Source: a virus (taxonomy: Duplodnaviria > Caudoviricetes). From it: a stretch of DNA of 53,828 bases. Location: IMG/VR virus record IMGVR_UViG_3300037325_000128, positions 1 through 53,828 of that record; one strand, written 5' to 3'. Below, in pieces: positions 1 to 8,802 of the stretch. Every line of letters begins with the position of its first letter. Position 1 is the first letter of the stretch. The translations under genes and the position numbers were made by a program. A model generated the notes under the pieces. It ran no database searches. It worked only from the letters and a program-made list of their open reading frames with translations, and had not been told where the DNA came from.

Positions 1-1019
1 TCGCCTGGTACGCCATTCTTATTTACTGTGATACCATTTAGTTCAAGTAGATCCGCAAATTCTTTGCCACTGTATCTTTCTTTGGTTAAATCTATAGTCA
101 TCATGTGACATTGCGTACTGCCGCTAACAATATCAACCCCGGCGTCTAAAAATGTCTGTGCCATCGCATGAGCATTAATACGAATCCGGCGGGCATACAG
201 TTCAAATTCTGGCTGTAAGGCCTCGTAAAAACACTGTGCCTTAGCAGCAATAATATGCATTAGTGGCCCACCCTGGGTACCAGGAAATACAGCAGAATTT
301 AATTGCCTACTATACGCAGGGTCATCCCAAAGGATGATTCCACCACGAGGACCACGAAGACCTTTGTGTGTTGTTGAAGTCACCACATCGGCATGCGGAA
401 ATGGACTTGGATATTGTCCACCGGCAATTAACCCGGAATAATGGGCGATATCTGCCAGAAATATTGCGCCAACACTGTCTGCAATTTCTCGGAACCTAGC
501 CCAGTCTATTACCTGACTATATGCACTGGCACCTGCAATTACCATTTTAGGTTTGATAAAGGTAACCATTTCTGCTACTGCGTCGTAATCAATAAATCCC
601 CTGTAATCGACGCCATAGCTAACCTGAGTGAACCAGGCACCACTAACATTGACACCAGAACCGTGACTTAAATGGCCACCACTCGATAAGTCCATACCAA
701 CGATAACATCACCCGGAGTAAGGAATGCTTTAAATACAGCCAAGTTTGCATTGGCGCCAGAATGTGGCTGGACATTAGCATAGCCGCAATTGAAAAGCTC
801 AGTGGCATAATCAATAGCCAGTGTCTCGATATCATCTACATATTCACAGCCATTATAGTAACGTTTGCCGGGCAGGCCTTCGGCGTACTTGTTGGTAAAA
901 ATGCTACCACAAAGATCCATTACGGCCTGACTGGTAAAGTTTTCACTTGCGATTAGTTCAATCATGGTATCTTGCCTGTTTTTTTCTTGCTCTAAAATAA
1001 GTTTAAGTTTGTCTAGCAT
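1..1019 (-). CDS. glyA: serine hydroxymethyltransferase (3' end outside window)
   Basis: Manual translation from ATG 1019: [51 protein letters not shown] (PLP lysine motif); runs off the left edge. Confidence 0.96.
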   Translation of the reverse strand, partial: MLDKLKLILEQEKNRQDTMIELIASENFTSQAVMDLCGSIFTNKYAEGLPGKRYYNGCEYVDDIETLAIDYATELFNCGYANVQPHSGANANLAVFKAFLTPGDVIVGMDLSSGGHLSHGSGVNVSGAWFTQVSYGVDYRGFIDYDAVAEMVTFIKPKMVIAGASAYSQVIDWARFREIADSVGAIFLADIAHYSGLIAGGQYPSPFPHADVVTSTTHKGLRGPRGGIILWDDPAYSRQLNSAVFPGTQGGPLMHIIAAKAQCFYEALQPEFELYARRIRINAHAMAQTFLDAGVDIVSGSTQCHMMTIDLTKERYSGKEFADLLELNGITVNKNGVPG

Positions 1020-1137
1020 AATTAAGTTACCAGTGTTGTGTCACAATATCTACACAATATTTATCAAAATTATCTATGTAGATCCTGCATATATACTCGC
1101 CGCAAGTTTTGACTAATACACTGATAATTTTAATCTT

Positions 1138-1395
1138 TTATTTGGTTGCATTGTTAACAAGGTTCTGAGCAATTTCACGTGTATACTCCCTTGCCATTCT
1201 GATTACAGCTGGTGTCCTTCCCTTAACATTGTGTGTCATCAGCCATAAATCGGTGTTGTCTCCACAATTGGTAACAAACCACTCCCATGTGAAGTTCTCA
1301 GGGCGGTATTTCAAGTTGGTAAACGTAGCAAAGCGCCCCGCGACATTAGCGTAGCAGACGTTCGCCACCTCAAAACATTTACATTTACTGATCAT
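1138..1395 (-). CDS. hypothetical protein
   Basis: 85 aa ORF on the coding strand. Confidence 0.6.
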   Translation of the reverse strand: MISKCKCFEVANVCYANVAGRFATFTNLKYRPENFTWEWFVTNCGDNTDLWLMTHNVKGRTPAVIRMAREYTREIAQNLVNNATK

Positions 1396-1518
1396 TATGA
1401 CTTTCTATATAGTTGCCAGCCTTACACTGGTCTTGCCCGTACTTTTTGAACCTTCATCAGTTCAAGTTTTGAGTCGCGTGTCTTGGGTGGGGCGCGACTA
1501 TACACCTTTCGGTATAGA

Positions 1519-1653
1519 CTATTCTTTCTCTCGGTGCTTGATGTCTTGTTTCTGTGCTTGACGTTCAGATTTCCAAAACCCTCTTTTCCAGTCCCTGAGG
1601 TGTTTCCACCATTGTGGAGGCGCGGTCAGATTGCCTTTTTTTACGTTCGCCAT
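1519..1653 (-). CDS. small basic Trp-rich phage protein (44 aa)
   Basis: Manual: MANVKKGNLTAPPQWWKHLRDWKRGFWKSERQAQKQDIKHREKE; below the ORF-track cutoff. Confidence 0.65.
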   Translation of the reverse strand: MANVKKGNLTAPPQWWKHLRDWKRGFWKSERQAQKQDIKHREKE

Positions 1654-1667
1654 ATTGTTATTTAGTA

Positions 1668-1763
1668 ACTCTCTGTCGGTCTTGAACCAACCACCGGTAG
1701 TGTTTCAGGCATGCTTGCAGGACCCTACGCAATACGCAACCAGTGCATCCCCATTCCGAGAGT
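1668..1763 (-). ncRNA. candidate tRNA-like small RNA
   Basis: Terminal stem ACTCTC/GAGAGT, T-arm GTTGG-TTCAAGA-CCGAC, internal stem CACTGGT/ACCGGTG; fills the gap between two small ORFs. Confidence 0.4.
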
Positions 1764-1767
1764 ATCA

Positions 1768-1914
1768 TTAGATGGCACGTATCACTTTAAGCCATCGTTT
1801 AAAGTCTTTATGATGCCATAGGCCAATCTTGACCCATTCGTAGACTTTATCGATTGGTATGTCTGCAATATCTTTATCGGATGTTGCAGCATGATAGATT
1901 ATAGATGCTTTCAT
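1768..1914 (-). CDS. small hypothetical protein (48 aa)
   Basis: Manual: MKASIIYHAATSDKDIADIPIDKVYEWVKIGLWHHKDFKRWLKVIRAI. Confidence 0.6.
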   Translation of the reverse strand: MKASIIYHAATSDKDIADIPIDKVYEWVKIGLWHHKDFKRWLKVIRAI

Positions 1915-1934
1915 ATGTACTCCGGTATATTAAA

Positions 1935-2003
1935 AGTTTCTTGGAGGAGTCGAAACCTCCCTTCCAGATTTAAGCAAGGCGGTGCGCCATTTAGCAAAGA
2001 GAT
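1935..2003 (-). pseudogene. degenerate tRNA-like element
   Basis: T-arm GGAGG-TTTCGACT-CCTCC and a D-loop-like TAAATGG; acceptor pairs 5/7, anticodon arm poor, no CCA. Confidence 0.3.
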
Positions 2004-2016
2004 GTTACCAGCGCTC

Positions 2017-2223
2017 CTAACTAACACAGAAACTTATAGCAATCAATTGAAAGATACTGTAGTGCTCTTGGCAAATGTCCGCCGAATTACTACAAATCTC
2101 TTCCGATGCAAGAGAAGTCGACGAACATATTTCCTTGCACAGAAATAAGTTATCTCGACAATTGCCTGCTATAAATTCCCTACTGCAAGCCACTATTGTA
2201 TAGATGGATCGTTGTTGCGTCAA
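2017..2223 (-). CDS. hypothetical Cys-rich protein
   Basis: 68 aa ORF, TTG start overlapping the upstream stop. Confidence 0.35.
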   Translation of the reverse strand: MTQQRSIYTIVACSREFIAGNCRDNLFLCKEICSSTSLASEEICSNSADICQEHYSIFQLIAISFCVS

Positions 2224-2459
2224 CTTCTATCTCTTGCTACAACATACTTGTAATCTTTTGGCATACACCAAGATGGTGGGAATCCGCCGTCAGACACCCT
2301 TACGCTTAACCCCTCGAGTTGGTGGATGTTTTTGAGGAAAACATCCAGGTCACCATTGGTTGCAAGTAATCCTTCAGCTTCTTTAATAAGTTCTGATAGC
2401 AGCATTATATACCCTTTAAGTAAATTATGTTTTCGACAATTGCACAGCGAACATTTCAC
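2220..2459 (-). CDS. hypothetical protein
   Basis: ORF; true start probably MLLSELI. Confidence 0.6.
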   Translation of the reverse strand: MKCSLCNCRKHNLLKGYIMLLSELIKEAEGLLATNGDLDVFLKNIHQLEGLSVRVSDGGFPPSWCMPKDYKYVVARDRS

Positions 2460-2668
2460 GTGGCATTTTTCTGTTCCTTCTCTCGCTTTGGTTTCGGGAA
2501 GTAAGCTTCGGCAAGCTCATCGGTGATAGAACTCATGAACTGAATTAATTCATCTGGCCTCGTATGACCTGCTACAAAGAATTTTTTGATAGCCTGATCA
2601 CTGTTGCGAGTTATAGCAATGGTAGCGTTGGATTCGGCGATTGTCACTTCATACTTGTATTTTGTCAT
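2456..2668 (-). CDS. hypothetical protein
   Basis: 70 aa ORF, coupled to the next gene. Confidence 0.7.
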   Translation of the reverse strand: MTKYKYEVTIAESNATIAITRNSDQAIKKFFVAGHTRPDELIQFMSSITDELAEAYFPKPKREKEQKNAT

Positions 2669-2686
2669 TAATATATATGTATAATA

Positions 2687-2935
2687 CTATAGTACCGAGT
2701 CACTGTCTACTGGCTGGATCAGCCTAAGTGCTAGTAGTCGAGTCTGATATTCTTTCATGGTCCATCCGCATCGGACTAGTATTTTCTTTGCACCAAACAA
2801 GGATCCATAATTCATATTATGTGTCCGGATCGTTTCCAAAACCTGGTCAAATGGTCTCTGCTTCAGTATCCTAAATGTTTCACTCTCCGATGCGAGTGTT
2901 GCTCTACTGATTTTTGATACTCGCCTAGAGTCCAT
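2687..2935 (-). CDS. small paralog family A protein (ETF.xL+..PF...W..EY)
   Basis: ETFRILKQRPF..CGWTMKEY; start uncertain. Confidence 0.65.
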   Translation of the reverse strand: MDSRRVSKISRATLASESETFRILKQRPFDQVLETIRTHNMNYGSLFGAKKILVRCGWTMKEYQTRLLALRLIQPVDSDSVL

Positions 2936-3156
2936 CTTGCCTTCTTTAATATAGAGTTTGCTTGTTCAGATACCATTGATTTTACAAATTGATCATGGAC
3001 ATAGTCAAGTGTTGCATAAGCCAAATGATCACATGAAAGATTGATTATTTCTCTTCGAACATCATGGAATGGCCATCTACGCAAAGCGTTGAATGTTTCG
3101 TCGGCACTACCACTCATGGTCATCAATTCTTCTTTCAAACTCAGCAAGATATTCAT
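2863..3156 (-). CDS. small paralog family A protein
   Basis: DETFNALRRWPF..ARWTLGEY. Confidence 0.7.
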   Translation of the reverse strand: MNILLSLKEELMTMSGSADETFNALRRWPFHDVRREIINLSCDHLAYATLDYVHDQFVKSMVSEQANSILKKARWTLGEYQKSVEQHSHRRVKHLGY

Positions 3157-3337
3157 CTTCGCCCCATCCAGATGATTTCAGAAAAGCTATAATATCCTTG
3201 ACGGCACCCGGCGTGCGTGCCATGGTAGCTATCTGTGCTGATACGCTTTTATAAGGCACTTGCCTTAGTTTCTTAAATGTGTCGTCTTCAGTCATTATTA
3301 ATGATACTCGCGATGGTAGTGACCTATTGTACGGCAT
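3107..3337 (-). CDS. small paralog family A protein
   Basis: MTEDDTFKKLRQVPY..SGWGEDEY; likely start at MTEDD. Confidence 0.7.
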   Translation of the reverse strand: MPYNRSLPSRVSLIMTEDDTFKKLRQVPYKSVSAQIATMARTPGAVKDIIAFLKSSGWGEDEYLAEFERRIDDHEW

Positions 3338-3391
3338 GACTCCAGTACCTGTCCTTTGGTCTTTACGTGCATTGCGCCACTACCCTCGGAC

Positions 3392-3682
3392 CTATCCCCT
3401 ATGTATATGAACTCGGCAGTCGGGATAATGCAGCTTGAATAACGATGCATCTTCGATCGATGGAATTTCTACGGGATAGTAGAATATCTTGTTAGATACC
3501 CCATTAGTGTATCCGGTTCCTGAACTAGAAGAGTGACTGGAACTCCAGCCCATTGACATACCTCGAGTTTCGAACCATAACCTTAGTTCATGGATACCAC
3601 GATCAGGCCCCCAGTACTTAGTAGGTATACCTATCTGTATAGATATCATCTGATCAACAGGAGGTTCACAATCTGTTTGCAT
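3392..3682 (-). CDS. small paralog family B protein
   Basis: C-terminal EDASLFKL motif. Confidence 0.6.
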   Translation of the reverse strand: MQTDCEPPVDQMISIQIGIPTKYWGPDRGIHELRLWFETRGMSMGWSSSHSSSSGTGYTNGVSNKIFYYPVEIPSIEDASLFKLHYPDCRVHIHRG

Positions 3683-3828
3683 CTCTTTATTTTATTAAAA
3701 TACAACTACATCACTATATATAGACGGTGTATACCATTTAGCGGTAGATTTACGTTCTTCGGGAACAGTAAAGGATTTACCCGATTAAATATACTCTGTT
3801 TGATTATCCAAGATGTAATTGAAAAATA

Positions 3829-3914
3829 TGGTGCCGGAGACGGGATTCGAACCCGTATGCCCTTGCGGACGGCAGATTTTAAGTCTGCTGTGTAAACCGT
3901 TCCACCACTCCGGC
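3829..3914 (-). tRNA. tRNA-Leu(TAA)
   Basis: 86 nt cloverleaf: GCCGGAG/CTCCGGC acceptor, GCAGA-CTTAAAA-TCTGC anticodon arm, long variable arm, TTCGAAT, encoded CCA. Confidence 0.97.
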
Positions 3915-3926
3915 AGTATAACCCTA

Positions 3927-3955
3927 ATTATAACTGATTATGTCAGTTTGCGCAA
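3927..3955 (-). promoter_or_regulatory. sigma70-type promoter for tRNA-Leu
   Basis: TTGCGC-17-TATAAT. Confidence 0.6.
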
Positions 3956-4057
3956 CCTATCTAACATCAATTAATTGAAAAGCACCTTAGTGGATCCGGG
4001 TGCAAAGTTTTCCAAAGGTATAATATCTCCAACTTTTTATTTACCTGAGTCGACTAT

Positions 4058-4306
4058 TCAGTCTTTCTTCTTAGGTCCAAAATGCTCCACCAAGGCTGTG
4101 CTGCTAGAATGTTGACCGATCTGTGTCAGGTGTCGGCAACATTCTAGCAAAATCAGCTCGGCAAACTCGGTATTAAACAATTCATTCCACGAAACGTGAC
4201 CGGGCTCCCAAATTTGTCCAGTCACTTTAGATCGAGTTGGAGCAACATACCTATTACATGCAGCCACTCCGGCTTGTCCGATAAGCTCTGTAATTTGTTC
4301 GTTCAC
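4058..4306 (-). CDS. hypothetical protein
   Basis: 82 aa ORF with the phage-typical FAELIL.EC motif. Confidence 0.65.
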   Translation of the reverse strand: MNEQITELIGQAGVAACNRYVAPTRSKVTGQIWEPGHVSWNELFNTEFAELILLECCRHLTQIGQHSSSTALVEHFGPKKKD

Positions 4307-4336
4307 AGTGTTTTTCTCGATGATTTGATCTCGTTT

Positions 4337-4744
4337 TCACTTAGTTATAGCTTTCAATGCATCCACATCGCCCTTGAAGTCGATATCGGGGATAATAGAC
4401 TGCGGGCGGAAGATCACACGGTAATGGTACGCATTCGCTTCTTTAGCTTCAGTCTGTTCGGCAAAGAACGTGACATTGTCCGACAGCCCCAAAAAATGCT
4501 TCTTGTAGGTGTCCTTACTAGTCTTGCAGGTTACAGTAAGTTTTCCTGTCGGATCTGTATTTCCCAAGCTGCATCTACCTTCTACCGAAAGGATGTAATC
4601 CCCCGTAATGCCGTTATAGAATACCACGCGCCGATCAATTTCGAATTCGTCTGCTGCTTTCGACAAGTTACGGGATACTGTATCGGCGCTATTACAACCA
4701 ATAAGAAAGACTGATGCAAGGGAGGTAATGACAAGTTTGATCAT
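4337..4744 (-). CDS. conserved phage lipoprotein
   Basis: Signal peptide with lipobox LIGC; SRNLSKAADEFEIDRRVVFYNGITG..EGRCS family signature. Confidence 0.8.
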   Translation of the reverse strand: MIKLVITSLASVFLIGCNSADTVSRNLSKAADEFEIDRRVVFYNGITGDYILSVEGRCSLGNTDPTGKLTVTCKTSKDTYKKHFLGLSDNVTFFAEQTEAKEANAYHYRVIFRPQSIIPDIDFKGDVDALKAITK

Positions 4745-4839
4745 ATTGTTTCTCAGAAAATATTAATTTGTGTTGCTACTTGAATATATAAGGTAAGTGT
4801 GAGCCAGGGCAGTGTAAAGTTGAACACCACATATCATTG

Positions 4840-5142
4840 TTATTCGTAACCCATTTTTTCCATAACGGGGGAAACAAACCTTGCGACCTGCTCGCGAATA
4901 GGTCGACTAGAGTCGATGTCGAACTGAGTTACGAGACTGCCTTGCCGATCAGTTTCTAGACGACCTAGCGCAATAGCCCTGCCTAGTTTTCGATCAAAGA
5001 CCTCTTTGCGACTGCAATATGCAGAAGCAATCTTTACAGCAGAATTGCCCACCATACAGAATGCTACAGTGGCGCCTCCACGTGGGTCACTCACTTGGTC
5101 ATAGCTATTAAGTTGACGGAAGTGCATAAACATAGTTTTCAT
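4840..5142 (-). CDS. conserved phage hypothetical protein
   Basis: RGGATV..YCSRKEVFDRKLGRAIALGRL; AAGGA RBS. Confidence 0.75.
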   Translation of the reverse strand: MKTMFMHFRQLNSYDQVSDPRGGATVAFCMVGNSAVKIASAYCSRKEVFDRKLGRAIALGRLETDRQGSLVTQFDIDSSRPIREQVARFVSPVMEKMGYE

Positions 5143-5225
5143 AATAATCCTTTAGTTAAAAATAAAAAGACGGGCTTATCAACTTAGCCTGTCCGGATAA
5201 CTCACTACCTTCTTACGGAATACAT

Positions 5226-5254
5226 ATTATACTTTAACTAGATGGCACAGTCAA
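5226..5254 (-). promoter_or_regulatory. sigma70-type early promoter
   Basis: TTGACT-17-TATAAT. Confidence 0.75.
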
Positions 5255-5342
5255 CAGAGTAGTGTGTAGTTGCTTAATTGTATATCAATTTGATATAGAT
5301 TTTATAAGAACAAATTGGTCCATTAATCATCATCGAGTTACT

Positions 5343-5738
5343 TTAGTCATACAACTTCGGATAGAGAGCCGAGTGAAACTCCTGGCGTGTCCATTGATGT
5401 TTGGCAAAACTGTCGTCTCGTTGTCGCATTATCTCATCATTGGTGCCGTAGTGATCATATGAGACAAATGAGTAGAAGTTAGGTATGTACGGTGTCGACT
5501 TGGTAGCATACCATATAGATAGTAAGTCTCGGTCTACTTCGGAGAAAGGGCTCCTACGCAGAAGTCTGTATGTGTCTTCTTCGGTCATTTTCGGCATCTC
5601 ACTATGTAGGTACTTGATGGCGTCAAACAGGCTCATCGTATCTTCGAATGCAATCACGAAGTAATTCAGTAAGTATCCGGGTATACTCCAGGTGTTGTCG
5701 ATGTGGGTAGAATGCTGAACTGTTAATCCAACCGGCAA
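5343..5738 (-). CDS. small paralog family A protein
   Basis: MTEEDTYRLLRRSPF..HQWTRQEF; true start probably MSLFDAI. Confidence 0.65.
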   Translation of the reverse strand: MPVGLTVQHSTHIDNTWSIPGYLLNYFVIAFEDTMSLFDAIKYLHSEMPKMTEEDTYRLLRRSPFSEVDRDLLSIWYATKSTPYIPNFYSFVSYDHYGTNDEIMRQRDDSFAKHQWTRQEFHSALYPKLYD

Positions 5739-5910
5739 CCACAGCGTCTTTTTCGACAGGCCATCGGTCTGGCCAGACCAAAGTCTCTGCGTTGGCTAAT
5801 TCTCGCCAGCTTCTAAACCAATCCATGATTATAGCATCGGGTAATACCATTAGCGCAGCCTTGTCGTGAATATCTGGCACAGGGTACCGTAATACCGAAA
5901 AAACTGACAT
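5623..5910 (-). CDS. hypothetical protein
   Basis: 95 aa ORF, TGATG coupling. Confidence 0.65.
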   Translation of the reverse strand: MSVFSVLRYPVPDIHDKAALMVLPDAIIMDWFRSWRELANAETLVWPDRWPVEKDAVVAGWINSSAFYPHRQHLEYTRILTELLRDCIRRYDEPV

Positions 5911-6167
5911 CAGGTCAATTCATATCCCAGAGCTACCAGCATTGTATCGCACCATGCCTGGCTGATAGGGTCTAGCGGGCCCTCTCCTTTGTAGCCCTCG
6001 CACCAGTTAAGGAAGTCCGGAAAATCACTGTGCATTCCACCATTTCGGATTCTTACCCGCGGAGTCTTCTCGATAAATGCCACACGGTTGGAAATTTTCT
6101 CGATGTCACTGCCTGCCAGTATTCTTACAGCGGCATCTTCGATATATATCCACGGACTTATTTTCAT
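5910..6167 (-). CDS. hypothetical protein
   Basis: 85 aa ORF downstream of a promoter. Confidence 0.7.
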   Translation of the reverse strand: MKISPWIYIEDAAVRILAGSDIEKISNRVAFIEKTPRVRIRNGGMHSDFPDFLNWCEGYKGEGPLDPISQAWCDTMLVALGYELT

Positions 6168-6188
6168 ACGATTTTTCCTAGTTAGTAC

Positions 6189-6216
6189 ATTATAGCAAAA
6201 GATAGCAGTTAGTCAA
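6189..6216 (-). promoter_or_regulatory. sigma70-type early promoter
   Basis: TTGACT-16-(TGC)TATAAT. Confidence 0.65.
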
Positions 6217-6286
6217 CTATGGTTAAGGTGTTTGGCAACAAGTCGTATAGAGAATTTCATACAAACTCATCACACTCTATACTATT

Positions 6287-6913
6287 TCACTTCTTTAACT
6301 TGTTGCGAGCAGGATAGTATGGTTTGAAGAAACGATGGCCTCCGATCTCTGCCACCTGTGTGTATTGCCTTGACCAACGAGGATACTTGTATCCCTTAGC
6401 TCGCATAACCCGATCTGCAATGTAGTGAGTTGCACCATCGGTGGGGTCTGCTACCTTGCCGGCAAGCACCATCTGTGCCACATCCACAGACCTTGCCCAT
6501 GACTCGTTATCAATGGTATTCTTTTGTCGCGGCTCAATATACGGGCTCTTCGCTGCTGCCCTAAGAGCGGGGTTGTTGTTAAATATGCTGTACTGCATAG
6601 GAGCAAGCACTACGTCGCACACAGACTTCTTTACAGCACGATTTACAGCACTGTAGGCCACAGCAATCTTGCCGTTACGTGGCTCGCCTCGGGCTTCTCC
6701 GTAGATCATCGTAGCCAGACACTTTTGTTCCGCTAGAAACTTTTTATTTGGTTGTTTATGTGGAAATTTTATTTCTTGTACAATTTCTTGTACAACTTTT
6801 TGTACAACTTTTTGTATAGTATAATCGATTTTCTCCAAATTAGGAACTATGGGTTGGTATTCTACTGCCGCAAACGGAAGTGCCAAAAGAAGAATTAGTT
6901 TTTTTGTACTCAT
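6287..6913 (-). CDS. cell wall hydrolase, SleB/Hydrolase_2 family
   Basis: CLATMIYGEARGE, PMQYS, DPTDGATHY, IGGHRF; N-terminal hydrophobic segment; start placed at MSTKK. Confidence 0.92.
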   Translation of the reverse strand: MSTKKLILLLALPFAAVEYQPIVPNLEKIDYTIQKVVQKVVQEIVQEIKFPHKQPNKKFLAEQKCLATMIYGEARGEPRNGKIAVAYSAVNRAVKKSVCDVVLAPMQYSIFNNNPALRAAAKSPYIEPRQKNTIDNESWARSVDVAQMVLAGKVADPTDGATHYIADRVMRAKGYKYPRWSRQYTQVAEIGGHRFFKPYYPARNKLKK

Positions 6914-6970
6914 GTGCTTATTATGCACAGAGTAGGAATATACGTCAACCGGAAGTATCCTGCCTAATTC

Positions 6971-7528
6971 TTACTTTACAATGTCGGGGATGATTGACTG
7001 CGGATTGGAGATCACGCGGGCGCGTTCAAGACAGTGACCCCCGTATCCCAAGTAGGCAGCCTGGAATGCACAGTCGCTTTTCTCAGGCTGACCTGCATAG
7101 CCCGCTCCTGGCAAGCCGGCCCAGGTGCGCCGCGCCGCCGCAACTGCCCCGGACAGGTCGCCGCACTGGATTCGTACTAATGAGCCGGTCTGGCGCAGTA
7201 GTTCGACGGCGGCCCGGTCTTGGCTGGCCGGTGAAAAGTCGGGTAAGCGCAGGTCTTTTTTGAGTCCGCGCCATGTGCCGACGATGATTTGATACCGGCC
7301 CGCAGCAGTGCTCCGGCAGCCGGGCTGCAACCCGGCTCCCCTGCACTGCTGATCGGTCAGGAACACGCCGGGCCATTCTTTGGAGTCGAACGGGTGATCC
7401 GCGAAGCTGGCAATTGTGTGGCTGTAGGCGTAGCACACACGGTACGGTTCGGTCTCGCGCTCGGTTCCCTCTGCCCATGCGATCGCGGACAGCAAGGCCC
7501 GCATGTTTTGATCTGGGTCAATGGTCAT
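6971..7528 (-). CDS. lambda R-like lysozyme/transglycosylase
   Basis: ALLSAIAWAEGT, STAAGRYQI, PDFSPASQDRAAV, WAGLPGAGY; much higher GC than its neighbours. Confidence 0.92.
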   Translation of the reverse strand: MTIDPDQNMRALLSAIAWAEGTERETEPYRVCYAYSHTIASFADHPFDSKEWPGVFLTDQQCRGAGLQPGCRSTAAGRYQIIVGTWRGLKKDLRLPDFSPASQDRAAVELLRQTGSLVRIQCGDLSGAVAAARRTWAGLPGAGYAGQPEKSDCAFQAAYLGYGGHCLERARVISNPQSIIPDIVK

Positions 7529-7730
7529 ACTGGCTTGTTCCTTCGCTTGTGTTCCTGATACAATCTAGATATAGTGAAAGTTGATAGTCACGCTCGAGCA
7601 ATTCATAATATTCATCCACATGGCCTTGCTACGACTGGCGCCGTATGCAAAGGACTATATCACAAAATCGATGCTACTATCTGTAAATTTCTCTGCAGGC
7701 TTTTAAAGAAATTCACCTTTAAAACACAAA

Positions 7731-7807
7731 TGGTGCGCTGGGTGGGATTCTAACCCACGATCAAGGCATTATGAGTACCCTGCTTTAGGACACTAAGCTA
7801 CCAGCGC
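7731..7807 (-). tRNA. tRNA with CAT anticodon (Ile2 or elongator Met)
   Basis: 77 nt cloverleaf GCGCTGG/CCAGCGC, GGGTA-CTCATAA-TGCCT, CCA; T-loop reads TTAGAAT. Confidence 0.9.
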
Positions 7808-7818
7808 TTTGTTCTAAT

Positions 7819-8176
7819 TCATTTGTTCATTGCGTTTTCTATTTCGCGTGTAATTTCGTCTTCAGCATCCGAAAGAATCTGCTCAAGTTTGGAAAAACGT
7901 GTAAGCTGCACAAGCTCTTTCGCCTTTTCACTCACATGCTCGTCGTATTTGGAAACAAGACGATCCCACATTTCTTGAGCGGTTTTACAGAAGTTTACCG
8001 GCACGCCATTAATAGTAAGTTGAACTACTACATGGGCACTGTTGAGTGGTACATTTGGCAGGTTAAAGTGGTCTTGCAGGTCGGCGCGGTGCAGCCGCGC
8101 GAGTCATTGCTTCGATAAGCATGATGGCCGGCATTGTTCGGTCGGTGCAGTTCACGATTTCTGATGTAAAATTCAT
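7819..8176 (-). pseudogene. frameshifted hypothetical gene
   Basis: The ATG 8176 frame stops at 8063; the frame of ORF 7819..8004 is open up to about 8100 (DLQDHFNLP..VQLTINGVPV) with no ATG. Confidence 0.5.
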
Positions 8177-8198
8177 AGTTAAGCTCCGGATATAAGAT

Positions 8199-8414
8199 TT
8201 AGTCAGTAGAGAGAAGTTTTTCTTTTTTCAAATAGTAAGCCAGCAGCTTACTCTGAACTTGGTCGGCGACACTTGCATGATTATATACGGGGTCTTCGGC
8301 GAAGCGCAGTGGGGAGTCGACCCATGCTCTCCTTACCATAAACGCTTTTACAGCGGCACGGTGTATTTTTTGTGCAGGATTAAATTGCACGGTTGCAGTT
8401 TTGCTAAGAATCAT
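8199..8414 (-). CDS. hypothetical protein
   Basis: 71 aa ORF. Confidence 0.7.
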   Translation of the reverse strand: MILSKTATVQFNPAQKIHRAAVKAFMVRRAWVDSPLRFAEDPVYNHASVADQVQSKLLAYYLKKEKLLSTD

Positions 8415-8510
8415 AATTAAACACCATATAAAGCTTTGTTGCTATGTCGAGTCTTATTATACTATAAGTTAGTAATGAACGCTGGCATGTCTCATAGGAT
8501 GGATGCTTAA

Positions 8511-8777
8511 TTATTCCTTTAAGAGTTCGTAAGTGACATCGGTATGCCCTTCAGTTACATTGATTACCGTGTTGTTCACGGTGATTGACAAGGCTTTTGA
8601 TAGATCGGGGCTTCACATTGACATTGAGGTGCCCTGACCAGTCAGAACTCTCAGCACCGCGAGCTAAGATATAAGAAAATGTGCGCAGTGGCCCACCAGA
8701 CTATCCTCATATACTTGCCTATAGCCGGTGGTGTGGTCTACATAGACAATTTGATGCACTTCGTAATGTTTGGTCAT
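8511..8777 (-). pseudogene. hypothetical gene with two compensating frameshifts
   Basis: ATG 8777 and TAA 8511 are in one frame with an internal TAG and TGA; the middle reads open in another frame (ILARGAES..VKPRSIKSLV). Confidence 0.45.
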
Positions 8778-8802
8778 TGAATTGGCTGATATTTTATGTG
8801 AT

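Noticed and set aside
1455-1465. Hammerhead ribozyme from CTGATGA
   Set aside because: The motif sits in a simple hairpin loop with no correctly placed GAAA or three-stem junction
6772-6816. 12-bp tandem repeat
   Set aside because: Coding linker (QKVVQKVVQEIVQEI) in the cell wall hydrolase; unrelated to the intergenic motif
8511-8777. Stop-codon reassignment
   Set aside because: Would need both TAG and TGA read through; long core genes are intact in the standard code and end in all three stops
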